Of a DNA stretch of 64,000 bases, positions 1-13,494 are shown piece after piece. The translations under genes were made by a program, and so were the position numbers. The stretch covers positions 151,499 to 215,498 of the forward strand of contig CDMY01001064.1 in the NCBI GenBank assembly GCA_001179505.1, read 5' to 3'. Position 1 is the first letter of the stretch; each line of letters begins with the position of its first letter. Origin of the DNA: Vitrella brassicaformis CCMP3155 (lineage: Eukaryota > Protista > Chromerida). The notes beneath the pieces are model-generated. The model had not been told where the DNA came from and did no database searches. It worked only from the letters and a program-made list of their open reading frames with translations.

Positions 1-2
1 TT

Positions 3-1300
3 ATGATTGCGGAGGAGTCGTCTGATGCTTCTTGTTCTTCCCCTCCAAGCAGCAGGCGGGATTCACAAGACGCGGCTGAAGCTGCGGGTGCATTGCTTCA
101 TCTCGAGAAGGCCGTCGAGCTGCACCGCTCATGCGTCAAGTACTGGTGCAGCCTGGCGACGCTTCTCCAGCGGGCGGGGGATCACAAGCGCGCTCTCGAG
201 GCAATCAGAGCGGCAACCGAGGTGGATGGCCACTGCATCAAGGCATGGGAAAGGCGTGGCAGTCTCTCACGGGGTCTCCGGCTTCACTCGGAGGCGCTGA
301 TGTGCTACGAGCGTCTCATGGCCGAATGTCCAGAGGATCCGTCTTGGCCCTTCTTCGCTGCTAAGGTGCTCTTGCGCGACGACAAGAGGTCTGCCAAAGC
401 CGTGGCCTACCTCAGGAGGGCTGTCGAGCTGGACCCCACCAATGAGTGCGCGAGGTATTGGCTGGCGTTCTCTTCTGGCGAGGCGGATGGGGTCGACAAG
501 GCGCCGTCATCGTACGTGCAGAAGCTGTTTGACGGCTACGCGCATTCATTCGAGTCACACCTGGTGGGCAAGCTGCACTATCAGACACCTCAGCTCGTGT
601 GCCAAGTGCTGCGTGAGAATGGCCCCCTGCTATCGCCACCTGAGCCTCTGGACGCACTCGATCTTGGCTGTGGCACTGGGCTTGCTTGTCGGGCACTGAG
701 GAGCGGTGACATGATGGAGCGCCTGGGCGCATCGCCCCTGACTCTTGTGGGTGTGGACCTGTCGGAGAAGATGCTGCGTGAGGCGGATGCTAGAGGGGGC
801 TACGATGCGCTGATACAAGGCGACATTCTTGAGGTGAGAAGATTAGGGGCATTCGACGACCTGTGCAGAACACACCTACTGTTTCCGTCTCTGCCGCTCT
901 GCAGGTGCTCAAAAGGTGGCCAGACGTCGACATCTGTCTCCCCGCTGCGGCTGTGCGGCCCCCTCTGCCCCCGTCCTTCCACCTCATCGTGGCCTGCGAT
1001 GTGTTTGTGTATATCGGCCACCTTGGGAGCGTCTTCGAGTGCATCTCTCCTCTGCTGCGCGAGGGGGGGCTGCTCATCTTCTCGACTGAGAGCGGCGACG
1101 CGACTTCAGGTGACCGTGGATTCAGCCTGACTTCGACGGGCCGCTACTGCCACGGTCGGAGATATGTCGAAAGGGCGGTTGAGGCAGCTGGCGGGATGTC
1201 AGTGGTCTCCGTGAGGCACGAGATGCTTCGGAAGCAGGCCGGTGAACGCGTGATGGGCGATGTGTTCACTGTGAGGAGGAAGGCCACATCCTTGGCGTGA
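3..1300 (+). CDS. TPR-repeat SAM-dependent methyltransferase (COG4976-like); 2 exons, intron 834-904
   Basis: The N-terminal half has TPR-like helices (AWERRG..., AVAYLRRAVELDPTN). It continues with YVQKLFDGYAHSFE, SAM motif I LDLGCGTG and GVDLSEKML. GAG|GTGAGA...GCAG|GTG joins ORF 3-1130 to ORF 863-1300 (IVACDVFVYIG). The 5' end lies at the window edge. Confidence 0.85.
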
Positions 1301-1861
1301 AGGGGCTTTTGGTTCGCGTTTTCCTTTGTGCGGACGATGGATGAGACTGCTTCTCGATGGATGAGACATATATGTGCTTCACGGTTTCACCACGCACAAA
1401 TGGCTCACACTGCAGGCCAGGTTGTTCCGATGATTCTGTCCACCACCCGTCAAGTCAGACAGCACTCAACTACACTAATCAGGTCAGCTGTTCTGTCAAG
1501 TCGGGTCAAGTTAGTGCAGGGCGCAGCATTATCGAGCGCAACACGGATGGCAAAATTGACCGCTGACGAGTCAGTCAGACACGCAAAAGTCCCACGTAGT
1601 CAGGGACAGCCAAAAGACCGGAACATGGGTGCATCATACATACATGTCACACTTCTCCCCCCCTGTAGCCCTGCTGTCCGTACACACGTCTCTGTCCATG
1701 GTCGCACAGCCATTCGCACACGGAAGCTGGAATGGACGGAAGCAAGGGCGGACGGCTCATGCAGCCAGACTCGTTTTGCTTTCTCTGCAGAAACCACACG
1801 AACGAAAGCAGTGGTCGAGACCCACTGATCGATCACTGTGTCCTTCGCCGTCTCACCGTTT

Positions 1862-4800
1862 TCAGCGTCGCTTTCGTTTCGCATCCATCCAACTGTGGTC
1901 CTCCTCCTCTTCTTGTTCTTCCTCTCGGCGGCGGCCACCGGAAGCTGCTTAACAACAAGCAGACAAAGCCAGAGAGTCAGTCATGTATGCATGCCCACAT
2001 GCCCGCGTGCCTCACCGCTGCTGCCGTACTGAAGATCCCCCGTGGCCCCCTGGAACAGCTGCACGCCCTCCTGGGTTGGCCCGAAACCCCCCTCACCCCC
2101 ACCACCCCCACCGCCCTGCTGCGCAGCGCCAGCAGCAGCAGAAGATGCTGCTGCTGCTGCTGGAACAGCTGCCCCCTCCCCACTCCCTTGGTGGCCAGTG
2201 GGAGCGCCGGTGCCGAAGGACAGCGATGGTCCCGACAGCCGCCCCCGCCGTCCGCGTCTCCGCGAAGAGGGTGACGATGAGGGCGATGCCGATGCCGCCC
2301 CTTCTGCTGCTCCTGCTCCTGCTGCTGGTGCTGCTGCCCCACTGTCCTTGTCGGCCTGCTGGGGTGGGCCGAAGAGGGGGGCGGACTGGAAGGACTGGAG
2401 CGATGTCGGCGATGCTGCTGCTGCTGCTGCTGTTGCCCCGAACAGATGGGCGGACGGCGGGAGTTGAAAGGCGAAGGACGAAGGGCTGCCCTTGAAGGCC
2501 AGCTCGGATGGCGGCCGTGGGGCGGCTCTGCCGGCGGTGTAGGTTCTGCCGAAGATGAGGGGGGTGTCCCTGTCCTCGGCCTCCTGCACACAACACACGC
2601 AGGAAGCCACGCATCGTGACGCATACATGATGTGGGTCTGTCTGTCTATCTGGTGTGTGCGCTTCCTTGCCTACACAGATACATACATATACTTACGCAC
2701 CATCCATTCCCACTCCCGCCTGGTCATGACCTCCTCCCAGCGGGCCGCGATGACCTCCTTCTCGCGCCGGTCCTTGTCCTTGACGAACACCTGCCAGTCC
2801 TGCGGACATCCGACACGCACAATCAATGAAAGGGAGTGGGATGAATGGATAGCTGCACCTCTTGTGGTATTGGGGAGAGCGGCAGCACGTCGCCTTGCCT
2901 CCAAGCCTGTCAACACAAAGACAACGCGGGACGGACAAATAAGTCATATGCACATCTGCACATCTGACGCATCACGAAGCCACGTACCAGCTCGACTGAG
3001 TGGTCGCCCCCTCCGTCGGCCTGGTCAACCAACACATGACAGAGAGACAGACAGACAGACAGACAGGAGAGTGACACATACATGCAGCTATAAATCTGTG
3101 GGGTGAGGTGAGTGGGTGCCAAGGTCCCATCTTACCTTTAGGACAAACTTGCGACGCAGCTCCAGGGAGTCCATCAGGTGGGGCTGGTACTCCACGTCGC
3201 TATCGGCGGCGCTGCCCAGCTGCCCACTCTGGCCCACTCCCCTACAGGCAGACACATACGCACACAGACACATACGGACACCAACGACAGGCACAAATGA
3301 CCGACCACATGAGACATGGTGGGTGACAGGCGACTTACCACGAGAAGATGTCCCCTGTCTGGTTGGTGGCCACCGTGTGGGTCCTCCCGGCACCGACGGA
3401 GAGGAAGCGCACCCCCTGAGAGACACAGGCAGACAGGCAGAGAGCCATAACAGTGACTTGTCCTTCGCCTGTGAGAGCTCACCTCGACCTTCCTGCTGCA
3501 GGGCACCGTCACGTCGACCAGGCGGTTGGAGACATCGAGGCCCGTGTTCTCGCCTGCACTACAGATACGCACAAACGAATGCGTGTGTGTATGGGGGTGG
3601 GTTTGATGTGTACATGTATCCTCCGTGGCCACATGTGTTGGCATTGCGTCCTACCCTTGCCCCAGGTCATGACGCTTCCGTCACGGATGAGGGCGATAGT
3701 GTGGAACTGCCCGCCACACAGGCTCACCACCTGCACACACACAGAGATAGATACCCAGACAGACAGACCACTTGCAGTCGCTGATCATCGGTCATGTCCA
3801 CACGTGTGGCTTACGTTCTTGTCGAACAGGGCCGGGATCTCGGTGAGGCGGTCGACGGTGTTGGTCTTGGTGCTGATGCCCACCTCCCCACACGAGTTGG
3901 ACCCGCACCTGCATCGACAACACACACGCGAGCCACACACCAATGTTCGTGTGCATGTGTGGGCCGCTGCCCGACCTTTCCCCACCCATAATGGCGTTTG
4001 CCGTCGTTGGCGGCCAACACCGCCGCCACGAAGGTGGCATTGCCACACGCCCACACGCGCCTGATGTCGGCCTCTTTGCCCAATCCCAACCTGCACGTGA
4101 CCAACACAAAACACAGATGCATCTTCGGGGTTGCCTAAGTGCCCTCCATCTGTGGCGCCACTCACTGGTGTGTGGTGCGTCTGGTGGGGAAGAGGGCGGC
4201 GTCGAATGCCGCGCGGTCAGTGGGGCCTGTGGCGGGCGGCTCGGGGAAGGTCAGCTGGGAGAAGTCGTTGGCCCCCCACACGTACAGCTGACACACACAC
4301 ACAAATACAAACAGACAGACAGACAGACATCGATGGTGGATAGTGTGTGTTGTGTGGTGGTACCACTTCCTTCGAGAGTGCAACGGTGTGGTTGTCGCCG
4401 CTCGCCAGCTGCTCCACGTCCATCAGGCCGGGCAGGCGATAGGGATAGAGCTGCTTCTTGACCGCACCACCCACCTTGACGCCGATGCGCTGGCCGTTGA
4501 AGACCTGCAGCGACAAAACCAACCGCACAGACAACGGTGCAAACTCATGCACGTTTGTATGCGTGTATGTTTGTTTAGCTCGCTTACGGCATGGTTGAGG
4601 GCTACGGCGAGGCCCACAGCGCCCTCATCCGCCAAGACTAGCCTGGCCTTGCTGCACACACACACACACACACACGGGTGTGACGCGGATGCTGTCTGTC
4701 TGTCTGTCTGTCCGCCCTCTTGCTCACCTCGTGTCGTCGGCGTCCCGTCGAATGTGGCTCACTGTCGTCGGCAGCCGGCCCTCGAAGAACCCCCGCACTT

Positions 4801-6811
4801 GCTCGTTGGACGCCTCGGTGGGGAGGCCCGTGACGTCGAGGCGACGGCGGGGGAAGCCCTCGTGGCGGAACATGGCGTAGCTGGCCTGCATCCTCAGACA
4901 CACAGACAGACACACAGGGACATTAGTGGTTGGATGGATGTGTCTGGGGTGTTTGTGTGCGTGCGTCCCTCACCGAGTAGATGCCCCAGAGGTACACGCG
5001 CCCGTCGAAACCCAGGGCCGCCGTGTGGTGGCCGCCGCAGGTGATCTGAACGAACGGCCATGAAGAAATATATGAAGAATGGCTGCAGTGGATGGGCTGT
5101 GCCCCCATCTCTGCTGCCCACCTTCTTGACCGGCACCGGCATTTTCGCCACCAGCACTGCATCCCATCCACGCACACACACAAGAAGAGCAACAACAGCT
5201 GCTGTGGTGCTGTGCTGTGCTGTGCTGTGTGGTTGCTTGCATGGTGCTCACTTGGCGTGACGTGGTCGCCGTCCCGGCCGAGCTCGCCGTTGTCGCGGGC
5301 ACCTGACAGACAGACAGACAAGGGTCCGATGTTACGCCGGTGTGCACACACCGACCGTGTTGGTCGACGAATGCAATGCCTCTCTCGGTCACTGCACTCA
5401 CTACTCACTCACTACTTACCCCAGGTGTAGATGACACCCTGAAATGTCAACGCGGCCGAGTGGGCGTCACCCGCAGCGATGTCCCACACGCCCTTGCCCT
5501 CCAACGACTGAGCAACACACACATACATCCACAGACAGACAGACACAGACGTTGATTTGATAGACAGTGTCCTTTCATACACACATGCACACGTGGCCGC
5601 ATAGATGCGTGCGTACGGGAATGAGTTTGGGCTTGCGGCGTTCAAAGAGGCCAGCCCTGAGGCTGTACCCACACTGGCCGAACTCCACTGAGTGAGCAGA
5701 CAGACAAGACAGACAATTAAGGCGATAGACAGACAGACAGACAAACAAACCCACCCCACCGTCATCCCATCCACCTCTCCCCTCGCCCATTGTGTGCACG
5801 TGCACTTACAACTGCCGTGTGAGTAAACATCGCCCACGGGCACCATCACGCCCATCCCGGCGCTGGTGTTCTCCCAGGCTCCCAGCAACACGTCCATCTG
5901 GGGCGCCGCCACGCCCGCGTTGCTGTTGGTGTTGTTGTCCTTGAGGGGTCGGCTGTGTGGGGGGCCTGGGGTGGGGTAGACCTTGGGCAAAATGACGGCC
6001 AGGGCGCTGGAGACGGCTGCGGCCACAGCTACACACACATGAATGCACACATGGGTGGGATGGGTACGTGATGGCATGCTCCTTTGACTCGTTTGACTCA
6101 CCCGCGATGGCCTCTTCCTCCAGTCGCACGGTGCCGTCCTGACCCACACACACGCGGCACACAGGAGACCGACCGTACTCAAGTGGACAAACCATGGCGT
6201 TTTGCATACTTGTCGGCGTCTTGGCGAGTCCTCGATGGCGAGCGGCCGTGGCCCATCTTGGATGGCCAGCAGCCGGGGGGACCCGCCGAACGTGATACCT
6301 GCACGATACGATCAGAACGCTCATGTACATTCCACGTGTGATGCGTTCGGCTTGGGAATACTCACGCGGCCGAGGAGCCTCTTCTTGAAGTTGCCGGCGA
6401 TCTTGTGGGTGTGCCGGGCGGGCGTGGGGCTGATGGCGGCCCTCACGCCGGCCGAAGAGGCCCTCCATGGCCCGCATGATGCGCTCCTGCACACACACAG
6501 CCCAACACAAATCATACTTTTCCCATCGGTCCGTCTCCGACCACCCACTGCCTCCCACCAGCCCTCGCCGTCTGTCCCTCACTGCGATCTTGCCTCTTTG
6601 TGTGTTTTCTGACCTTGCAGCGCTGGATTGTGATGGTGGCCCACAGGATGGCGCCACCGGTGGCGAGGGCGAGGGCGGCGCGGCGGCGGCGGTGGGCATC
6701 TGCGATGGCAAGGTGGCAGGTGCCATGCACGAGGCACTTGGTCTTGCAGACCGGCACCATTGCACACCCCGCCTTGAAGACACCGCCGAAAATACTCTCG
6801 AACAGGAGCAT
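1862..6811 (-). CDS. RCC1-repeat protein, multi-exon, with low-complexity Ala/Gly/Ser C-terminus ending AKRKRR
   Basis: RCC1 repeats lie in successive exons: DIAAGDAHSAALTFQGVIYTWG, ITCGGHHTAALGFDGRVYLWG, QLASGDNHTVALSKE, LYVWGANDFSQL, SLCGGQFHTIALIRDGSVMTWG. Exon phases were checked by hand at both ends. The start codon is uncertain. Confidence 0.8.
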
Positions 6812-7429
6812 TTCGCCGAAATTGATGAAAATTGATGAATAGATAAGGTTGTCTCGCGTCCAGCGCCCGAAGCGATCTGTCTCGTTGTCGGCTGATGGGG
6901 GCTTCCAGGACAAGATGAGTACAGCGATAGACAGCCCACGCGACGTCGGTCCGGATGCAGTCCTTTGCAAACGAAAATGCGTCCTCCTTCTCGGCACCTC
7001 GATCCGATCCCACCAGCCATCACCGACTTATTCGCACTGCAAAGAGCGCCTCAGCAGGATGATGTGGCCGGATGGCCGAGGTTCGCGGCCTGGCGGATTT
7101 GATGTCAGCGATGTTGCCGCGCTGCCGATGGCGAGCAGCGCCATGGAGAGCGTGTGCAGGCCGCCGCCACCGTGGAATCGTTGAGATCTCTGGCCGCAAG
7201 CACCAGTCGCAGAACCACACACGAAATAGCGCAGATCGGCCCATCGGATGTAGATCTTCACCTGCAGGCACACACAGCACAGGCAGGAACATTGGCAGTG
7301 TAATGGCGTCCCATTTTGAAGGGGAGGCTTCTGCTAGCTCAGATGCAAAGCTCGCAATCGGGGGCATTCCGATTCTGTCTTTTTGGTTTCTCCAATGGAG
7401 TCTGTGTCTGCAGCGCCAAGTAACGATGA

Positions 7430-7854
7430 GGGAGGAGCAACGACAGAGCCGACGGAGCCACAGAGAAAGCGTCGCTGGTTCCAGTTCGCGTTCAGGGAGG
7501 CGACAATGTACGTCCTGTCGTTTATGACGTGACCAAGCGTCCCTTCGACCGGGTGAGCGACGTCAAGCAGTTCCTCCTCGGGGTCCCCCTCTACCGTTTC
7601 GCCCTCACTGATGTGAAGCTGACGAGCTGCAGCTGCGGAGAATTGGGGAACGACACGTACCTCACGGACCTGCACGAGGGGTATGTGCCATGCCACGCAC
7701 CAGCGCACCACACCGCCTGTCGGACCCGTACGTATCGTGTGTGTTCGTGTGTGTGGTGTGTTTGTGCAGGCTGGGGAAGAGCCGTGACGATCCGTTTGTC
7801 GTGCACCTCGAGATGCCGATGCCAAAAGATCTCAAACGCGCAGCACGTCCATAA
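7430..7854 (+). CDS. small ubiquitin-fold-like ORF (5' end unresolved); intron 7681-7769
   Basis: The open frame VPVRVQGGDNVRPVVYDVTKRPFDRVSDVKQFLLG...HEG splices (GG|GTATGT...GCAG|G) to LGKSRDDPFVVHLEMPMPKDLKRAARP, stop TAA 7852-7854. The Ubl resemblance is judged by eye only, and no in-frame ATG was found. Confidence 0.4.
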
Positions 7855-7929
7855 TGGGCTTCGATCGGCTATTGCCCCACCGTGCGGCGGAGCGGTCGCT
7901 GACCGAGAGGGAGGGAGCCGTCGCACGCC

Positions 7930-8118
7930 ATGCCCAAGGACGAGATATCGAAGCGGCTTGAGAAGAAGCTTAAGAAGACCAAGAGCATCCTCACCTACCG
8001 CGAGAAGGTCGGAATGGGCTACAAGACCACTGAGGAGAAAATGGCCACGGACCTGACGGCGGAGGAGCTGCTGGACAAGCGGGCCAAGGGGAACGGAGAC
8101 AAGTTCTCCCGATTCTAG
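7930..8118 (+). CDS. 62-aa basic/charged hypothetical protein
   Basis: ATG-initiated ORF with strong G/C-ending codon bias (AAG, GAG, ACC): MPKDEISKRLEKKLKKTK...LLDKRAKGNGDKFSRF. Family not recognised. Confidence 0.55.
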   Translation: MPKDEISKRLEKKLKKTKSILTYREKVGMGYKTTEEKMATDLTAEELLDKRAKGNGDKFSRF

Positions 8119-8719
8119 CCTGACGGGATGGACAGGGGGGAGGGTGCGAGGGGACGGGGGCTGGAGGGCGGGATGTTTGGGATGTTTCCTTTGTTTCTCT
8201 GCTGTGCGCGCTCTGTGTGTGTGTGTGTGTGTGTCTGTAACCTTGCACCGATGTGCGTGTGTGCGTAAGGACAATGCCGACTTGTTGTGTATTTCTGTAC
8301 CAATGAATGGCTGGTGTGCAGTGATGCTGAGAGAATCCGACAACAAATCCACGTCATTGGGCCATCGATGCGTCCACTGTATAGTGTTTGATTAAAAGAA
8401 ACAGTCACTCGCAATTGTGCAGACCCGGAACAATGAAATGATAAATATGAGCGAGTTCGTAAAGTGTCTGCCATCAATTCAATTCACGCATGCACCCAAG
8501 CGGCCACTAATCGGCAGCATAAGTAGACGCCCGATGTTTTCTTTGGTGTCACGTGCGAAACAGTTTTTGACGCGCAGGAATCGCACGAGATGCGCTTGTG
8601 GATACCCATGTGTCTGCTTGTGTATGATAAGCGTTCATGTCTCCACAAGAACGCAATCACACGCCAAAAACTATTCGATTCGAATACGCTAAGCACCAGA
8701 GACACAACTGCCAGCAAGC

Positions 8720-9019
8720 NNNNNNNNNNNNNNNNNNNNNNNNNNNNNNNNNNNNNNNNNNNNNNNNNNNNNNNNNNNNNNNNNNNNNNNNNNNNNNNNN
8801 NNNNNNNNNNNNNNNNNNNNNNNNNNNNNNNNNNNNNNNNNNNNNNNNNNNNNNNNNNNNNNNNNNNNNNNNNNNNNNNNNNNNNNNNNNNNNNNNNNNN
8901 NNNNNNNNNNNNNNNNNNNNNNNNNNNNNNNNNNNNNNNNNNNNNNNNNNNNNNNNNNNNNNNNNNNNNNNNNNNNNNNNNNNNNNNNNNNNNNNNNNNN
9001 NNNNNNNNNNNNNNNNNNN
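8720..9019. other. assembly gap (300 N)
   Basis: Run of N. Confidence 1.
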
Positions 9020-9070
9020 CCCCCCCCCTCCTCTGGAGAGACATCCGCCACTGCCCAGTCTGTTTATTCA

Positions 9071-10171
9071 TCACGCCGAAAGGCCAACTTGCGTGATGAA
9101 AGTTGTCGATGGTTTCCTTGGCTCAGCACTGGTTGGGTACGACTGCTCGCCCTCTTTCGCCTCTTCCTCCTCATCCTCTTCCTGGTCTTCGTCGACGAGC
9201 TCATCATCCTGCTGCTGTGCCTCGTCCAAGTGACGCTTCAGAGATATCAACTCCTGCCAAGAACGACCACGGATGCATCAATTTCTTAATGTAAAGCTCA
9301 GCAAGCGTTGTCACCTCGACGATTCTGGTGCCCAACAAAGACATCTGCTCTGCGCGGCTCGTCTTGTCCTCTGCAACACGTGACGTTGCGGAGAGATGCA
9401 TGGGTGCAGGAAGGCAGTGCGATCCTGTGTCTCAAAGCTCTGTCACCTTCCAGTCTCCTGCTCATCAGCATCTCCTTGTCGTGATCACTCTTCATCCTGA
9501 GGACGGGACAAACACCGAGAGAAGGCGCCTTATGCACCCACATTCACTCCCTACCGCATCTCCTCTACCATATTACCTGTTGACGACGTCCGCGAAGCTC
9601 TTGCGTTCGTGGAATATCTTGGTGCGAATCCGCTGGTTGTCTTCCCTTAGTCTCTCATTCTCCTTCTGGGCCGCCTGCAGGCGCGCCCTCAGCTGCTGCT
9701 TCTCCGCCCTCTCCCTCTTGAGCTGCTGCTTGCTCGCACGCAAACTCTCTGCCAGCCCCAACTTCCCATCGACCTGCAGTGCAGACACACGCCACACACG
9801 CATGCATTCGGTGTGTGTTTGTTTTTCCGTGGGCGTCTTGCATTGCCGTCTTTTGGCTCACCTTGAGGAATGTGAGGGCCTCCGTTCTCGCCTGCTGGGC
9901 CTGCATCAGCAGGTTGGCGAGCGACTGGGCTTGCGCGGGGTCGACTTTCGGCGAACCTTTCTCGCCATCCGGGCTCAATGCGTCGCTGTCAAGACAGAGG
10001 AAGGCATGGCACGATGCCACTGCTGATGCAATGGCGTGTTTGGTTGCGTCCTCACGTCGTTTGGATGATTCCAAGGGTGAGTTCGAGGTCCTCAACCCGC
10101 TCTCTCAATGACGTATTTTCGCTCTTGAGGCTGCTGACCTTTTGCCGTACGAAGTCAAGAGCGACAGCCAT
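9071..10171 (-). CDS. coiled-coil hypothetical protein with acidic C-terminus, about 6 exons
   Basis: AAAA-ATG start MAVALDFVRQKVSSLKSENTSLRERVEDLE. Heptad-rich exons (LKRERAEKQQLRARLQAAQKENERLREDNQR), GTGAG donors, and a final exon DDELVDEDQEEDEEEE...GLSA*. Confidence 0.7.
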
Positions 10172-11289
10172 TTTTGCGGAAGCGTGTCTCGTTATTTTGA
10201 GCTCGCAAATGTATGGAGGATCGCATTCATTGCTTGGAGGGGGGGTTTTGTCTGCGCAGAGAAGCGCAACAAGGGGAGGAGACTACGAGATATAAAGGGT
10301 AGGCACCGATGAAAAGTGACTTATGTAGCATCCATGCATGCCAATCAGTTCTACCCGAAGCACTCTCCGCTGTCTGTCCGTTGCCGTCCCAGTCGGTGTG
10401 TCAGTTGCCGCCGAGGGATGTTGCCTCCTCGCATGACGATTCGAATGGCGGGACCAACATTTTTTTCCAACGAAACGAAATTTGTCCGGAGCAGCAGCAC
10501 ACACACACAAATGTGGTCACTCACCGGCTGGCCAACACACACAGACATGCATGTCTCTCTCGGGGAGAAAACCGCCGCCAACGATGTGCAGACGGAGAAG
10601 CAAACAATCGGGCGAGAGTCTGTACTTAGACTTGTCGCCGCCTGCCCGCCTTCCTGCTCACTGCTCACTGCCTGCCTCCATACTGAGCGATCGTCCACTA
10701 TCCATCACTTGTCGATCCCAGTGACTTCACTATCTACTCGTTACAAAACCCCAGCCACTGGGATCACTCGTGTGCAATACATAAGGCGGAGAGCGCAAAT
10801 GTGAGGAGCCAAGGCAGGGATGGACACACTAAGCAGACGCAAGCACACAGACAGACCTTTTCCCAGGAATGAAGAGAGGGCGGCGAGGAGGGGGTAATAA
10901 AAGCAGACGACACACGTGTGGCCGCGTCATGCACACACACACACACACACACACGCGCACACGCACAGACAGAAGACACACACAAGACGAGGCAAGATAG
11001 AGCCAAAACAAAGGGAAGAGCGGAGAGAAAGGATAGACTCTGAGGCACAACGCCCCGGATTGGATGGAATGGATGGCTGATTGCGTGGCGTCACTGGCTG
11101 TTGCCTTCACTTCGCACCGAGAAGGGAGCCAGCCCACCACACACATACCTCACATACGAAAATGGTGCATGTGGAAAAAAGCGGAAAAGGCCCTACACGG
11201 GACAGCAGGAGACATATGAACGCGCCCTACTAATAAGCCAGCCAGCTAACGGCATGCACGTTATGTGGCCGTCCCTCTCCGTCGCTCAT

Positions 11290-13215
11290 TCACTCGGCGT
11301 TGGCCATGGCGATGACGACCGGGATGATCCGCTGCATTTCCTTCTCCTTCGCCGCCTCGAGGATAGCGCTAGAGCCACTGCCAGACTCAGTCTTGTCGCT
11401 CGCAAAGACTTCGGCATTGGCGGTGGCCGTGGCCGTGGCCGTGGCATCAGCGTTGGCCTCCTGCTGGCCGCCTGTTGACTCGTTCAACACCTCGCTCATC
11501 ACCTCCTGCACATCCACCGCCAAGGCAAAGATCGGCCAGCTCAGAGGCCATCTATGGATCTGTGTGTGTGCGTGCGAAAAGGTGGGAGAGCCGGACCTGC
11601 GTGACGGTGACCACAGGACCCTCCTGGGTGATGTCCGCCGACACATTCTGATGCAGCAAACACACAGCATGGCAAGGGGGCATGCAGCAGAACCACATGA
11701 AGCGACACAGCTACGCAAAACAGCTCACCGGCTTGATATAGATGTTGTTTTCGTTAATGTCCTCGTTGACGACGTCCTTGGTGAGAGTCACGTTAACGGC
11801 AATCTTCTCGTCCTGCACACCACACCACACCACACCACGTCACATCTCCATCTGTCTGTCTGTCTGGCTGGTGAGCGTCTGGTGTCCCCGGGGTGCCCGG
11901 CTGACCTTCTTGAGGAAATCGAGAGGGTCGTGCATGTAGGCAATCATGTCTTCCATCATCTTCATCGGGCTCTCGCTCTCGCCGCTCTCATCGCCGCCGC
12001 TCATGAAGGTCTTGACGGGGTTGAGGCGCGGACTCTTGTGCGAGTCGACCTTGCGCTCCATGTTGCTGTGCACAGCCGAGCGGCGGGGCTCCGTCGACTT
12101 CTTCTCCTTGTCGCCCTCGCTGTTGGTGTTCGTGCCATCCGCGTCCTTCTCGGCCTCTGAATCAATCAAGACAGGAATGACACACAGGGAAGGGAGACCA
12201 AGGCGTATGATTTATGTGGCGTGTGCGTCTCGTGCGTGTGTGTACTGTACGTGTACCTACCTGCTTTGAGCCTCTTATGGCTGGCGATGCCCATCGCCTG
12301 CATCCTCAGTGCGCCTTTCGCGATGAGCTCGGAGACCTCGCCGGTGACCTTGGCACCGAAGGTCTCCTTGTAAGCCCTGGTCCAGATGTTGTCCGCCTCA
12401 GCCTCGCGCTTATGCACCAGGAGCTTGGCCTTGCTGCTCATGGCAGGGGAGTCCTTGCCGAACACGTCCTTGAGTATGGCGGCCGCATCCGGGGACCACA
12501 GGAACTGGTCGAGGGGGAGGTTGTCGCGCTTCGCGAACCACGAGGCGGCGTCGAGTGTGAGGGGCATGACGTCCTTTTTGGCGATGCTGAGGTCCTCCAG
12601 CTGATGCACGGCCTTTGCCAAGGACCCCTCCGTGACGTCGTTCAGGAGCCTCTCCAGCGCTGAGGCCTTGTGGTCGGCCGTGAGAGCCTTCGCCCCCAGC
12701 AGGGAATCCAGGAGCCCCTCGAGGAACGACTTGGAACCCTGACTAGATGCAGCTGCAGCAGCGGCAGCAGCAGCGTCAGCAGCAGCGTCAGCGGCGGCGT
12801 CGGCCAGGCCGCCGAAAGACTGGCTGTCGCCAGTTGTGCCGTTGATCTGCAGACATGACGTCCACGCGCACACAGATGGACAGACTCAGGCGTGTGCGTG
12901 GTGGTGGTGGGGTGTGGGGGCTCACATCAACATCGCCGGTGGAAGCCGTGATATCGGCTCTGTATTCGGCGGTGTTCTCGATAGGGATGGAGATGTTGAC
13001 CTGCTGGACCGTCTGCAAGAGGCAAGCAAACACAACGGTGACGACATATGCTTGTTCGACGCACGACGCACCGTATCAGAGTTATTGAAGAAGTCATTGA
13101 CATCGATGTCGACAACGTCGTTCTCTATGTCCTTTTTGATTTTGTTTGAATTCTCTCCCAGTGCCGACGACATGAGGAGAAAACCGAGCAGGGCGCCGAG
13201 CATAACGTGATCCAT
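11290..13215 (-). CDS. secreted acidic hypothetical protein, about 7 exons
   Basis: Signal-peptide-like MDHVMLGALLGFLLMSSALGE. Spliceable exons from ORFs 12788-13033, 12166-12873, 11840-12169 and 11290-11718. Confidence 0.7.
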
Positions 13216-13494
13216 TTTGTCCACGAGCTCAGGCCACGCAAAGCAAGGAGTCGACACTCGAGAACGCCCTTTCGTACACAAAATAAGGCACAACACGGAA
13301 CCGGACTGACCTCTGCGTTTCCACAGGATGACTGTACACTGTACCAACGGTGTAAACTTGAGAGATCGGCACTCCGCACAATGAGCCAGTGGCTGCATGT
13401 CGCCAACCGCTCACGGCCATCCTCTCCCCTTGTCCCTCCTGCAGAGCTTCAGACTGTGTGGCATCCATCGTTACCCACCAACTCGCGGAGCCAA

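Noticed and set aside
6812-7320. Possible extra small gene or uORFs upstream of the RCC1 gene
   Set aside because: An intron-like segment exists near 7264-7292, but I could not assemble a convincing CDS in any frame.
8484-9233. ORFs spanning the N gaps (also 36830-37349 and 39176-40033)
   Set aside because: Artefacts of translating through N runs.
10283-11146. Several 75-160 aa ORFs between the coiled-coil and secreted genes
   Set aside because: Microsatellite-derived composition (THTH, CVCV) and no consistent exon chain.
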